From assembly GCA_965205025.1 (NCBI GenBank), contig CBDBFU010000027.1, positions 1 to 64,000 of the forward strand: a DNA stretch of 64,000 nucleotides, written 5' to 3'. The translations under genes were made by a program, and so were the position numbers. The DNA is from Candidatus Poribacteria bacterium (GTDB lineage Bacteria; Poribacteria; WGA-4E; WGA-3G). The notes beneath the pieces are model-generated. The model saw nothing but the letters and a program-made list of their open reading frames with translations, was not told the DNA's origin and did not search any database. Positions 1-11,260 of this stretch are shown here, one piece after another. Every line of letters starts with the position of its first letter. The first letter of the stretch is position 1.

Positions 1-1
1 C

Positions 2-667
2 ATGAGCTGCTTTGATGAAGCCAAAGACCGTGTACTCATGGGACCAGAACGGCGAAGTTTAGTCATTAGTGATGAAGAGCGACGCATTACTGCATACCAT
101 GAAGCAGGTCACGCTCTCATGCTGCATTTTGTGCCAGAAAGTGATCCCAATTACAAGTGTACAATCGTCCCACGTGGTAGAGCCCTCGGTGTAACTGCTA
201 AACTTCCGCTTGAAGAACGGCATAACCTTAACAAGAAAGGTCTCCTTGCACATATTATTTTTGCATTAGGTGGTCGGGTTGCCGAAGAGATTATCTTTGG
301 AGAGCAAACAACCGGGGCACAAAATGATTTTTGAACAAGCGACACATCTCGCCCGTAGAATGGTCACACAATGGGAATGAGTACTTTAGGACCATTGACC
401 TACGGTCGAAGAGACGAGCAGGTATTCCTCGGCAAAGAATTAGCTGTCCATCAAGATTATAGTGAACAAACAGCTATCGCGATTGATAAAGCAGTTTATG
501 ATATTGTCATGGAATGTTACGAAAAGGCGAGAGAGATAATAGAGACGAACCTTGATGGCTTGAAACATCTGGCTGACGCTTTATTAGAACAAGAAACCCT
601 GATTACTGAAGAAATAGAAGAGATCCTCGGTCCTCGACCACAGTTGCCAGCAAAACCCCTTACATGA
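2..667 (+). CDS. ftsH: ATP-dependent zinc metalloprotease FtsH, C-terminal part (5' end outside the window; frameshift in a T-run at ~327-331)
   Basis: AYHEAGH zinc motif, TIVPRGRALG, LGGRVAEE, TTGAQND; continues in another frame as WGMS..GP..YSEQTAIAID. Confidence 0.93.
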
Positions 668-668
668 T

Positions 669-1482
669 ATGCCGAGGCATACAAATCCCCGCCTGACAAA
701 CAACCCTTTTGACAGAACACCCAACAGGATTCCATTTTCCGATGGTGGTGCATACCAAGATGTCAACACGGCGATAGTACATGCAAAAACATGGTTGCCG
801 ATGGGGCTACGATTATTGATATCGGTGGGGAGTCATCAAGACCCGGAGCAGAACCAGTTCCTGAAGACGTAGAATTGGATCGCGTGTTACCTGTTATACA
901 CGCACTTGTTTCTGAAAAACTGGACGTTCCAATTTCTATTGACACAACTAAAGCATCTGTCGCACAATATGCGCTTGAAGCCTGGTGCTCATATTATCAA
1001 TGATATAACCGCACTTAACGGCGATAACGCAATGGCACAGGTCGCAGCGGATATGGAAGCAGGAGTAATTCTAATGCATATGAAGGGAACACCCCGTACG
1101 ATGCAAAAAGGCACCACACTATCAGGATGTTATAAAAGAAATATATGAAGCATTGGAGAATTGATTACAAAGGCAACACATAAAGGTATTCATCCGGATC
1201 GAATTATTGTAGATCCTGGTATCGGATTGGAAAAACGACTGAACAGAATATACTAATTTTTAAAGCACCTCAACGACTTCAAACGTCTAACAAACCGATA
1301 TTAATCGGTACATCGCGTAAATCCTTTATCGGTAATCTGTTAGATCTTCCTGTTACACTAAGACTTGAAGGCTCTCTGGCAACGGTATGTTGGGCATTAC
1401 CCAAGGTGTAAATATCGTGCGCGTCCATGATGTAAAAGCCACTGCCCGCGCAGTACGGATCATAGACATCCTATACCAATAA
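669..1482 (+). CDS. folP: Dihydropteroate synthase, broken by multiple frameshifts (errors or pseudogene)
   Basis: Fragments FSDGG, GATIIDIGGESSRPGAEPV, ISIDTTKA, IINDI, ILMHMKGTPRTMQ, DPGIG, GTSRKSFIG, IVRVHDV in different frames; ftsH-folP synteny. Confidence 0.88.
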
Positions 1483-1498
1483 ATCAACTCATAAATTG

Positions 1499-1893
1499 AT
1501 GCTCCAACAAACAATTCAAGGGATCGGTATTGATATTATAGAGGTAGAACGGATTAAAAACATGTCTGTCCGATGGGGAAGTAAATTTGAGAACCGCGTC
1601 TATACCACCCAAGAACTCGAATATTGTGGAAAAACACATACACGGTATGCACGACCTCGCTGCTCGCTTTTGCTGCAAAAGAGGCAACCCTAAAAGCATT
1701 GGGAACAGGACTAATAGATGGAATGTATTGGCAGGATGTAGAAATTCGTTCCAATGATGAGGGTAAACCTATGCTCGTATTACACGGCAAGGTAAGACAA
1801 TATGCAGCAGAACTCGGTATAGTGACTACCTTTGTAAGTCTATCCCATGCTATAGATTACGCCGTGGCACAAGTAACACTTTGTTCTGGTTAA
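1499..1893 (+). CDS. acpS: Holo-[acyl-carrier-protein] synthase, frameshifted near 1655-1665
   Basis: GIGIDIIEVERI in one frame; FAAKEATLKALGTG...GKP...VSLSH in the next. Confidence 0.9.
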
Positions 1894-2080
1894 TTAAAAA
1901 TTGTGATGAAAATTGCATATAAATTCATCTAACACCAGTATACTATTCTTATAGGAAATTATTGAAATAATTGGTATTAATTGAAAAACTGATGAAACTT
2001 GCACTGAATATTTCATACGTTCAGTTTGAATATTAATGGCAACATAGGTTAACATAATATCCCGTGGAGATTGATACACA

Positions 2081-3239
2081 ATGAAAAGCATACTGGAATA
2101 CCTACATAACAGTTTTATGTCAATCAAGATAATTCAAACCCAGTTTTTTATTAGTACTTTGTGTGCTCTTTTCTGTCCAATGTTCCTAAATTGGAATGCT
2201 ATGCAGAAGACACCACCTCAGATGCAGATAGATTTCTTGAATCAGCTACAAGGGGCTGTATACCGTGGTATGGGTGGGAGTTCGTTGGTGTTGCCGATGG
2301 GGCAAATGCAATCTGCAACAATCCCGCCGGCATTAACTCAATAACGGGAGATAGGGTTTGTCCATTAATATGACCCGTTTCCCAACATACAGTTGTCCTA
2401 CTTTCCAAGACGAATGAAACAAAGAGGTATGAGGATTTATAGCCCGATATGAACAGAATGCCTCTGGTATTGAAACATTGAATTGGGCATTTCCATTGGG
2501 TAAACTTGGAACTTTGGGATTTGCTTTCTCCTTAGCACACGAAGGGTCGTTTCGTCGTGTGAACCATCAAGGAAAAGCAATTAACAGTTTCCCAGAAAAT
2601 AACCTTGCTATCGGATTCGGTACGGTTTAAACTGTTTTAAAAGGCACAACTGTCGGATTAGATGCTAAATGGATACGTTCAAAAGTTACGGATACCTCTG
2701 GGAACCGACATCTTGGACGAGGTTATGCATATAATATAGGTATGATTCAACAATTTGGGAAGGCATTTCAGATAGGTATCGTCGTACGTAATTTAAGTAA
2801 TGGTCTATCATTTATAGATCCAAATGTACCAGATAAGATTCGTCGTGATGTTATTGCAGGTATAACCTATCAATACGATATTTCAAAATAGCGTTACGGA
2901 TGGGGTTGGATTTACATTCCCCCATTTACCGATGGTATTCGAGCTAACCTTGGTGCAGAGGTATGGTATCATACTCGTATAGGTGTTAGAATTGGATACT
3001 TAAGAGACACGGAAAAACGATATGCATCGGTATATCTTTTAGATGATGCAACTTTTGAAATGGATGAACGTACATGGAAAGCAGAAGGTTTTTCCTTTGG
3101 GGTTGGTTTTAGAGCAGGGAGCATCACATTAAATGGCGCGTATACCCCAGAATATAAACCTACAAAATCTGATGATGAACGTTTCCATGTTGTTCAAGGC
3201 GCAGCAGTTTATACTTTCTCAATAGAACAGGCATTTTAA
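2081..3239 (+). CDS. PorV/PorQ (UPF0164)-like outer-membrane beta-barrel protein, multiple frameshifts
   Basis: GAVYRGMGG + VGVADGANAICNNPAG N-terminal motif, then beta-strand-rich fragments ending ...VYTFSIEQAF-stop (terminal Phe). Confidence 0.6.
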
Positions 3240-3390
3240 ATATTTCAAGACATTGCAATAATTCAGAGTGTTAATTTTAATTATCATATATCGCGTTGTC
3301 GTCCATTTTAGTAGTATCAACCACCCGTAAATAAATACAGGGTTATTATTGTAAATAAGGACATTGTCTAAAATTAGCAAATTGTGTAAT

Positions 3391-3987
3391 ATGTCAGATA
3401 GATATAAGACAATTAAAGGAATTGCTTCGGCAAAACATGTAGTGAAAAAATCACGATTCTTAGCAGAAGCGAGGACATTAGACAATCGGGATAAAGTGAA
3501 AGGATTCGTTGCTGATGTTAAGAATCGTATTCCACAAGCTACACATTATTGCTATGCTTATAGTATTGACAATGAAGATGAAAAACTGGAATACGTATCA
3601 GATGCAGGTGAACCAACTCACTCAGCTGGTCCACCTATACTCGCTGCGATACATGCAAACGAATTGTCAAATATAATAATCGTTGTTGCTCGATATTATG
3701 GAGGGATAAATCTTGGAATTGGAGGATTGATTCGGGCTTATGGGGCATGCGCTCGTGCATGCCTTGAGAATGCAACTTTAGAAACTCGTATTAGATATAA
3801 AGAAGTACATGTAGATGTTCCTTACACTCAAATAGGAACAGTTGTAACATTGTGTAAACGTATGGGAGGACAGGTCAAAGCAATAAATTACGAACCAAAC
3901 CCAAACATACATATACAGATTAAGGAAAGACAGTTGGAAAGTATTCAGGAACAGCTCCAAAGCATTGGAATTACACCAAGGTATTAA
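3391..3987 (+). CDS. yigZ: YigZ/IMPACT family protein
   Basis: KKSRFLA, ATHYCYAY, SDAGEP, VVARYYGGINLGIGGLIRAY motifs. Confidence 0.9.
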   Translation: MSDRYKTIKGIASAKHVVKKSRFLAEARTLDNRDKVKGFVADVKNRIPQATHYCYAYSIDNEDEKLEYVSDAGEPTHSAGPPILAAIHANELSNIIIVVARYYGGINLGIGGLIRAYGACARACLENATLETRIRYKEVHVDVPYTQIGTVVTLCKRMGGQVKAINYEPNPNIHIQIKERQLESIQEQLQSIGITPRY

Positions 3988-4005
3988 ATCTCGGAGGAAT
4001 GCACG

Positions 4006-4438
4006 TTGAGCACAGTGAAATATACAACTACACATGAATGGATTGAAGTCGTGGGTACAGATGGAACTATTGGTATTACAGAGCGTGCCCAGCTTATATA
4101 TGGGGAAATTATTTTTTATTGATGTTTCACCTGAACAAGAATGTGAACAAGGCGAAATTATAGGAAGAATTGAAACTGAAACCGGAGGAAACTTCTATCT
4201 ATACGCACCTGTCGCTGGTGAAATATACGAAGTAAATGCAGCTCTTGAAGAAGATATTGACCTGATAAATAATGTACCAGAAAACGATGGTTGGATATGC
4301 AAAATATACATTGATAATCTGAGTGAACTTGATTCACTCATGAATATATCCGATTATGAAGACTATGAAGAAGATGAAATTGATGAAGGAGAATATTTGC
4401 CTGAGACAGATTTTTTCGAGAATATTGACGACTATTGA
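4006..4438 (+). CDS. Glycine cleavage H-protein-like protein (TTG start after GGAGG; frameshift in a T-run at ~4112-4117; no lipoyl-Lys)
   Basis: KYTTTHEWI..GTIGITERAQ then YAPVAGEIYEVNAALE..INNVPENDGWI; acidic C-terminal tail. Confidence 0.8.
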
Positions 4439-5376
4439 TAACTTGTTGAGGCAATAAAAATGCGACGTACAATCCGTTGTTTTGGAACTGGAATAACAGT
4501 CTCTACAGTATATCCTAAGTCATTAAGCTGTTTGCTTAGGTCGCGAATATCAATAAAAGCCGCTTTTGGTGCGCGGGCTTGAAGATTAGCAAGGATTTCT
4601 GCAGCAGCTTCCGTATCTTTCACAAGACTTATACCGTAAGGTAAATCTGTAGCAACTGCATCAAATTGTCCAGTAACTGTTCTGGCATCTTCTAATTTTA
4701 TATTTGCCGTAAGACCGAAGTGGTATAGGTTTTTGGTTGTTGCTCCAATCATGCGAGGGTTATTATCCGAACCTGATGCTTGAAGTCCACTATGTGCAGC
4801 AGACATTACAATTGTCCCTGTTCCACAACAAGGGTCTAAAATATGTTGACCAGGAACAGCTACAAGGTTAACGAGCACGCGTGCCAGTCTAGCAGGTAGC
4901 GAACTGGAAGTTGTGTGAGGACGGTGGTCATGCGTTAACCACATGCCATCAGATTCAGAAAGCAAACGTCCAAACCATATCTTTTCAGAGGTAATCACGG
5001 TTGGAAATATGACTCTCGGACAGGATAAATTAGGTTTCCCATCTATCAAACGACCTATCTGACTGGCTAAAGTCATTGAGTTTATCTTCAAACTCTTAGG
5101 TTTTTTAATCACTGATACGCGAAAACCGTCTTCATATAAATCTGCTGCTTTGATATACGTACAAAGTTCCTCAACACTTGACGCAGAAAAGAGGACTTGT
5201 ATACAACTTTTGAGATAAGCACCTCTACATACATTGACACAAGTGTCTGAAACTGTAATACCATACTCATTTGGTGCTTTTCCTGTTAATGCCACAGATT
5301 CTGCTGATGCAAGTTCGGTGAGTTGCGACGGAATTGCTACAAGGTAGAGATACTCTTGAGTTGTCATATTAGTCAT
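4432..5376 (-). CDS. TRM11/RlmL-like SAM-dependent RNA methyltransferase (start uncertain, 5367 or 5376)
   Basis: SSLPARLARVLVN, ILDPCCGTGT, ATDLPYG motifs. Confidence 0.8.
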   Translation of the reverse strand: MTNMTTQEYLYLVAIPSQLTELASAESVALTGKAPNEYGITVSDTCVNVCRGAYLKSCIQVLFSASSVEELCTYIKAADLYEDGFRVSVIKKPKSLKINSMTLASQIGRLIDGKPNLSCPRVIFPTVITSEKIWFGRLLSESDGMWLTHDHRPHTTSSSLPARLARVLVNLVAVPGQHILDPCCGTGTIVMSAAHSGLQASGSDNNPRMIGATTKNLYHFGLTANIKLEDARTVTGQFDAVATDLPYGISLVKDTEAAAEILANLQARAPKAAFIDIRDLSKQLNDLGYTVETVIPVPKQRIVRRIFIASTSYQ

Positions 5377-5420
5377 AATACCATAAACATACAGAAATAA
5401 CAATTTTAGAAAGGAAAAGG

Positions 5421-6260
5421 ATGGTACCAGAAACTGAAAAAATCCGAATTGGACATAGTCCAGATTCAGATGATGCCTTCATGTTCTACGCTCTTGCAAA
5501 AGGACATATATCAACAGGTCCGTTTGAAATCGTCCATGTTATTGAAGATATTGAAACATTAAATCGACGCGCACTTGCAGCAGAACTTGAGGTGACAGCA
5601 ATTTCTGTTCACGCTTATGCTTATGTGGCAAAGGATTACGCCCTTATGCCTTGTGGGGCAAGTATTGGGGATCAGTATGGTCCTCTAATTGTATCTAAAG
5701 AACCATTCAAATCTCTTGCGGGGAAACGTGTTGCTATACCCGGTGATATGACGACTGCTTATCTGACAATGAAACTTTACCAAGCAGATGTAGAAACAGA
5801 ACCATATCGTTTTGATGAGATATTAGATGTTGTCCAGCAAGGTAAAGTGGATGCGGGATTGATTATTCACGAAGGACAATTAACCTATATACGTGAAGGG
5901 TTCTATAAAATAGTGGATCTCGGTGAATGGTGGTATGAAGATACAGGATTGCCACTTCCACTCGGTGCAAATGTAATTCGGCGGAATCTCGGTGATGAGA
6001 AAATACACTCTATCACAACCTTGTTAAAACAGAGCATTCAATATTCACTTGACCATCGTGAAAGCGGTCTCGAATATGCTATGACCTATGCAAGGGATAT
6101 GGAAACTGAACTCGCTGATAAGTTCGTAGGAATGTATGTGAATGATTATACATTAGATTATGGAGATGACGGAAGAACTGCGGTGCAACTACTACTCACT
6201 CGAGGTTATGAGGCAGGTATAATTCCTCATCACGTTCAAGCCGATTTTGTGGAACTATGA
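5421..6260 (+). CDS. mqnD: 1,4-dihydroxy-6-naphthoate synthase (futalosine menaquinone pathway)
   Basis: IRIGHSPDSDDAFMF, DIETLN, IIHEGQ, DLGEWW..TGLPLPLG, MYVN motifs. Confidence 0.88.
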   Translation: MVPETEKIRIGHSPDSDDAFMFYALAKGHISTGPFEIVHVIEDIETLNRRALAAELEVTAISVHAYAYVAKDYALMPCGASIGDQYGPLIVSKEPFKSLAGKRVAIPGDMTTAYLTMKLYQADVETEPYRFDEILDVVQQGKVDAGLIIHEGQLTYIREGFYKIVDLGEWWYEDTGLPLPLGANVIRRNLGDEKIHSITTLLKQSIQYSLDHRESGLEYAMTYARDMETELADKFVGMYVNDYTLDYGDDGRTAVQLLLTRGYEAGIIPHHVQADFVEL

Positions 6261-6290
6261 TAGATACAAAACAGGATGTAGTGAAAACTA

Positions 6291-6524
6291 ATGGATGTAA
6301 AACGTCGCAGGAGTTTTCAATTAGAAGATGTGGATGGCAATAAACTTGCGTCCGGAATCCTATATGATGAGGGGAATGTTCAGGTGTTATGGCGGACAGA
6401 TTATGGATATACTGCGGAGCAATATTCCTCTCTTCACCTTATTATAGATCTTATTCCTGGGATAGTCGTATTGCGGATGGAGGATTCAGAGGATAAATTA
6501 ATTCGAGAAGACGTGTTATCGTAA
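6291..6524 (+). CDS. Small hypothetical protein
   Basis: 77-aa ORF directly after mqnD with plausible composition. Confidence 0.6.
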   Translation: MDVKRRRSFQLEDVDGNKLASGILYDEGNVQVLWRTDYGYTAEQYSSLHLIIDLIPGIVVLRMEDSEDKLIREDVLS

Positions 6525-7388
6525 TCGGTTATCTGCCAATTTTACTATTTGACCACTTTCCTGTGCGATATACATATAGCCAAGACCATCTAAAGTTACG
6601 CCTTCTTGATCATCACCTGGTAATAGATACCGGTGTAGTGGTGTGCCATCCCTCTTGAGTACAACTAAGAGGTTTGTTGTATCGCTAATAAGTATTAGTG
6701 AATCAGCTTTTGAATCGTAGGTAAGACCAGAGATATCAATAAAATCCATTTGATGGAATCGAATGATTGTTCCTTCCGCCTCTGATGTATCGGATGACTT
6801 AATCGGAACGACGACTTCACATACAACAGATAGTTCGCGATTTGGTTTCAAACTAACGGATTGATTTCCAATCCAAAAAGTTCCATCCTCAGAGTGAGAT
6901 GGATCTGGAACAAAAGCAATTGCCTCCATCCCCATACCACCCTTCTTCAGAAGAGTTTTTCCTTCAAACAAACGATTAATTGTAAATTCTCTAATAATTG
7001 TCAGAGTCTGAGGGTTTATCTCTAAGATTGCTTCGTCATCCTCAACTGCAACATAAAGCAATCCTGTCTTGGGGTTAATTGTAATCCCTTCAAGGTCCCG
7101 TCCTTGAAGAGACTTCTTTCGGATAGTAAATCCATCCGGACGGATTTCATGGATATGTCCTTCATCGTCAACAACGAATAAAGTCTTCCGAGTGGGATGA
7201 TAGGTCACCCCAGAAGGTTCCGATATTTTATCTTTATTTATAATACCTAACCAAGTGTATGGAAGTTCAATTGGTATAGATACAGCTTTCTTTTTTCTTT
7301 CTGAATCCTCTAAATAAATCAGAAAGTAGACAAGGAACGCGCTCACAATCAGAAAACAGGTAAAAGCAAGTATTCTCTTATATTGCAT
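6516..7388 (-). CDS. SdiA-regulated/YjiK-like beta-propeller protein with N-terminal membrane anchor
   Basis: EPSGVTYHP..LFVVDD, DLEGIT, DISGLTYD, QEGVTLD..YIAQE repeats. Confidence 0.75.
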   Translation of the reverse strand: MQYKRILAFTCFLIVSAFLVYFLIYLEDSERKKKAVSIPIELPYTWLGIINKDKISEPSGVTYHPTRKTLFVVDDEGHIHEIRPDGFTIRKKSLQGRDLEGITINPKTGLLYVAVEDDEAILEINPQTLTIIREFTINRLFEGKTLLKKGGMGMEAIAFVPDPSHSEDGTFWIGNQSVSLKPNRELSVVCEVVVPIKSSDTSEAEGTIIRFHQMDFIDISGLTYDSKADSLILISDTTNLLVVLKRDGTPLHRYLLPGDDQEGVTLDGLGYMYIAQESGQIVKLADNRLR

Positions 7389-7578
7389 CGGTGTTCCTAC
7401 GTTCCTGTAAAAAACCTAACCATAGAACGGAGAAGGTTTATGCTTTATGAAAATTGTTATATATCAATTATCCCTAACCTTATGGAAATAAAATAACCAG
7501 TTCAAGTTTGTAAAAAAATATCATATATTTATCGGTATGTCAAGACGAAATAATAACTAACCGTTGTTTTCCTTTTCC

Positions 7579-7607
7579 TTGACAAAGCCCATATTGAATG
7601 ATATAAT
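7579..7607 (+). promoter_or_regulatory. Consensus sigma70 promoter upstream of the crystallin/flotillin cluster
   Basis: TTGACA-17 nt-TATAAT, 60 nt before the ATG at 7667. Confidence 0.8.
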
Positions 7608-7666
7608 ATAAATTACTATCAAGGCAGTTATACACATATATATTACCTTCAACGAAAGGCAAAAAT

Positions 7667-9082
7667 ATGGCAAGTATGCCGAGGTTAGTCGTTGAAGTCT
7701 TTGAGCATGTCAACTATCAAGGACGCAAGGTAACCCTCATAGAATCTGTTCCAAGTACAATTGAAATTGGTGCCCAAGATATAATTTCTTCTATAAAGAT
7801 TTATCAGGGACCGGGATTCAATGCGTCTCCTAACTACAAAGCTATTTTCCATGAGCATGTAAAATTTCAAGGGAGACGATTAGTATTAGCACCAGGATTC
7901 TACCCTAATATACATGAAGTTCCATATAATTTCGGGGATGCAATTTCATCTGTTAGTTTCAGTCCAGCTGCTCATCCCACACCTCCAGAATATGGAACCA
8001 TTCCCGTAATCATAGAAGTTTTTCGTGATATAGATTTCAGTGGTCAGCGAAACGTCATCCTTCGAGATGTGAGTTCAATGTTCGAAATCGGTATCAATGA
8101 TACCATTTCGTCTGTACGTATTCAACGGGGCCCCAATTTTCCTTTCAGCGGGTGCCATATCCTTTTTTATGAACATGTAAATTTTGAAGGTCGGAGACTC
8201 AACCTTAGTCTAAACTCCCGAGAATTCCAAATGTCGTTTAGAAATTTACGTGCCCTTCCACATTCTCAATCGTTCTCTGACATTATTTCATCTCTAAAAA
8301 TAGTGCCATTAGGAGTATTCCGAGTGCTAATTGTGGTTGGTGATAGTTTAACCGGTGAACCAGCTGTTTTAGAATCTCTCACATCGCTTGAAGGTTTAGA
8401 ATTTCAATATACAACAGTTCATATCAATGACAACCCCGATAATCGCGGGGATGCGCGTAATGCGACAAAACTATCGAATATTTTACTCTCTGATTTTGAC
8501 ATAGTCTGGTTTACCTGGAATGGACCAGGACACGATGGTGAATATTTCGTTGAAGACGCAGAAGACGAAATCAAGGACTTTGTTAGAAAAGGTGGTATTG
8601 TTTGGGCATCAGCAATGGATAATCATATTATTCGTCCTGATGGAGTGAATATAACTGAACCTACATGGCGAGGGGATTGGATGCCTGTTGATCGACATCC
8701 GATCAAGGTCATAAATTCTGAAGATTCAAACCTTACTATCACAGAAGACGGACAAAAAACCGGGATGTTTACCTGGCCACATAAGATAAATGTTGACACT
8801 TTGATAACTGATGATCATTGGGTTACGAATGATCCAAGTTATCGTAAATTGGCAGTAAGAGAAGATAATGGTGACGCTGCCAGTGTTTTATTGCCATGGG
8901 GAGAGGGATACTATGTTACCTTTGCAATAGATACACGGGATGAACATCGAACTGCTATCGCTAAACCTTTAATTGAAAATACGCTATGTTATTTAGCAAG
9001 CCTTGCATGGCAAACCTCTCCACGCCAACCTCTTAGGGGACGTTATCGCACAACCCAGAATAGTGACTTAAAGTTCCGGTAA
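7667..9082 (+). CDS. Beta/gamma-crystallin domain protein (4 Greek-key motifs) fused to a GATase-like alpha/beta domain
   Basis: Four repeats of F/Y-E-H-x-x-F/Y-x-G-R...D-x-I-S-S; C-terminal DFDIVW...IKDFVRKGGIVW. Confidence 0.75.
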   Translation: MASMPRLVVEVFEHVNYQGRKVTLIESVPSTIEIGAQDIISSIKIYQGPGFNASPNYKAIFHEHVKFQGRRLVLAPGFYPNIHEVPYNFGDAISSVSFSPAAHPTPPEYGTIPVIIEVFRDIDFSGQRNVILRDVSSMFEIGINDTISSVRIQRGPNFPFSGCHILFYEHVNFEGRRLNLSLNSREFQMSFRNLRALPHSQSFSDIISSLKIVPLGVFRVLIVVGDSLTGEPAVLESLTSLEGLEFQYTTVHINDNPDNRGDARNATKLSNILLSDFDIVWFTWNGPGHDGEYFVEDAEDEIKDFVRKGGIVWASAMDNHIIRPDGVNITEPTWRGDWMPVDRHPIKVINSEDSNLTITEDGQKTGMFTWPHKINVDTLITDDHWVTNDPSYRKLAVREDNGDAASVLLPWGEGYYVTFAIDTRDEHRTAIAKPLIENTLCYLASLAWQTSPRQPLRGRYRTTQNSDLKFR

Positions 9083-9122
9083 GAACATTTTCTTAAAGTA
9101 TGCTTTTCTATAGGAGAAATTA

Positions 9123-11162
9123 ATGCGTTTTATATTTGTTGTTGTTTTCCTAATTGCCGTCGCGGTTGCTGTCGGTTGGTTTACTTTTAGTTTTTTTGAC
9201 AATGTAGAAACAGCTGCACGAGTAATTATAGCAACTGGTGTCGTATTGCTTGGGCTTTTAATAGCTTTTGGTATTTCTGTTATACGGTATAGGATACCTA
9301 AAGCGGATATAGCACTTGTAAGGACTGGGGGTGCGAAAGCTAAAATTAACATTACTGGTGGACTCTGGGTTAACACAATTATACACGAAATTAAAGAGAT
9401 ATCACTCAACACTATGCGAATTGAAGTGTTGCGGGAACAGTCCGATTCTTTGATAACCCTTGACCTTAACAGGGCAGACATTGAGGTGGTTTTTTATCTA
9501 AAAGTAGAACCTAATGAGGACGATATTTTAAAGGCTGCTCAAGCTCTCGGTGATAAATCTATGACGCCAGAAACAGTACGCGAACTTATTGAACCCATGT
9601 TAGATGGTGCATTAAGAAGTGTTGCTGCTGAAAGTGATATTCAAGACCTGCTTCAGAAGCGCGTTGAATTTGCAATGAATGTTGAACGGACCGTAGGAGA
9701 TAGTCTTAAAGAGGATAATGGATTGAATCTTGATACGGTATCTATTATTCGTGTTGATCAGACCCCTATAGAGATGTTAGATACCGAAAACAGATTTGAT
9801 GCTGTCGGTATCCGTGATATTACCGACATCACTGCTGATCAAGCACGTGAGAAAGAGCGAATCATACAACAGAAAGAGGCGGACATCGTTGAAATTGAAG
9901 TATTAGCCAGAATCCGTAAACTCGCAGCCGAACAGGAAGAGGAATGGGCTGTGTCTGATCAACAGAAAAATATCGCTATATTTGCTGCTGAACGAGAAGC
10001 GGAAACGATTAAATTCCAGTTTGAAATGGAACAGAGCGTTCAAGAACGTGAATATGAAATGAAACAAGAGGTCGAACGGGCACGCATCGCACAAGAACAG
10101 GTCGTTGTTGAAAGAGAAATTGAAATGAATCGTGATGTGGAAGTTGCTCGTGTCCAACAGGAACAGATAGTTCAGGAACGCGAAATTGAGAAGAATCTTA
10201 TTGTTGAAACCAGACAGATTGAACAATCGAAAGTTGTACAACTTGCAGAGATTGAACAGCATCTCATAGTACAAATGGAAAAGATTGAACAGGAACAGAC
10301 TATTGATGTTAGAGAAATAGAAAAACAATTGATGGTCGAAAAAGCCCGTATTGTCCAGGAAGAGGGTGTCGCATTGAGAGATGTTGAAAAAGAATTACAA
10401 GTTCAGACTGCTAAGCTGTCTCAAGAACAACAAGTACAACAACGTGAAATTGAGAAACATCTCGTTGTTGAAACTGCTCAAATTGACCAGAATCGACAGG
10501 TTGAACTCACTGAAATTAATAAGATGTTGGTTGTTGAACAGTCTCGTATCAATCAAGAATTACAGGTTGCTCTTGTTGACGAAGACCGAAAGATTGAGGT
10601 TGCAGCTAAACAGCAAGTTACCGCCTTAGCAGAGAAAGAGAAATTAGTGGCAGAAGCAGAACGGATGGGGGCAGAAGTTAATGTCACTGCTACAGAACAG
10701 GTTATGGGTGCTGAATGGCAACGAGATGTTGCTGTCCTTGGTGCAGAAGCACAAGCACAGCCCATTGAACGACTTGCAGATGCTGTGTTATCAGAAGCTC
10801 GAGCTAAAGCACAAGGTGAAATGGCGGAATATGAAGCACGTAATGTCGCTGAGCAACGTGTTCTTGTACAAGAGGCCATTTTGGAGTTAATTGAGGAAGC
10901 CCCGGATATTGTTGAACAACTTATGCGTCCCGCTGAGAAAATTGATAGTATCAAGATTCTTGATATGGGGAATGATGGGAACGGAGGAGTCAATCGAAGC
11001 AGCATGGGCCGGCTTGCGAATGCTTTACTTGATACAGGGGCTATATCCCCTATGCTCAAAGAACTTTTTAACTTTGCTGATGTAGATGCTGAACAGGTTG
11101 CTGATAAGATTGCTGAATATCTTGCCGGATTGGTTAACCCTTCCAACAGACCTGACGCTTAG
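9123..11162 (+). CDS. Flotillin/SPFH-domain membrane protein with long coiled coil
   Basis: Two TM helices, ALVRTG, ALRSVAAE, NRFDAVG, EKIDSIKILD flotillin motifs. Confidence 0.88.
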   Translation: MRFIFVVVFLIAVAVAVGWFTFSFFDNVETAARVIIATGVVLLGLLIAFGISVIRYRIPKADIALVRTGGAKAKINITGGLWVNTIIHEIKEISLNTMRIEVLREQSDSLITLDLNRADIEVVFYLKVEPNEDDILKAAQALGDKSMTPETVRELIEPMLDGALRSVAAESDIQDLLQKRVEFAMNVERTVGDSLKEDNGLNLDTVSIIRVDQTPIEMLDTENRFDAVGIRDITDITADQAREKERIIQQKEADIVEIEVLARIRKLAAEQEEEWAVSDQQKNIAIFAAEREAETIKFQFEMEQSVQEREYEMKQEVERARIAQEQVVVEREIEMNRDVEVARVQQEQIVQEREIEKNLIVETRQIEQSKVVQLAEIEQHLIVQMEKIEQEQTIDVREIEKQLMVEKARIVQEEGVALRDVEKELQVQTAKLSQEQQVQQREIEKHLVVETAQIDQNRQVELTEINKMLVVEQSRINQELQVALVDEDRKIEVAAKQQVTALAEKEKLVAEAERMGAEVNVTATEQVMGAEWQRDVAVLGAEAQAQPIERLADAVLSEARAKAQGEMAEYEARNVAEQRVLVQEAILELIEEAPDIVEQLMRPAEKIDSIKILDMGNDGNGGVNRSSMGRLANALLDTGAISPMLKELFNFADVDAEQVADKIAEYLAGLVNPSNRPDA

Positions 11163-11260
11163 AAGTATAGGTCTGTGAGGTGATTATTTTAACATATTAC
11201 GAGTAAACATTTTCGATTTCCGCCTTTTACCGTATCAGTTAATGGGACATACACAGAGCC

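Noticed and set aside
1-4438. Cluster of true pseudogenes or programmed frameshifting in ftsH/folP/acpS
   Set aside because: These are normally essential genes with intact motifs and several breaks fall in homopolymers; sequencing or consensus error is more parsimonious.
10553-11146. Long antisense ORFs within flotillin, ileS and the large surface genes
   Set aside because: They are codon-bias shadows of well-supported genes on the opposite strand.
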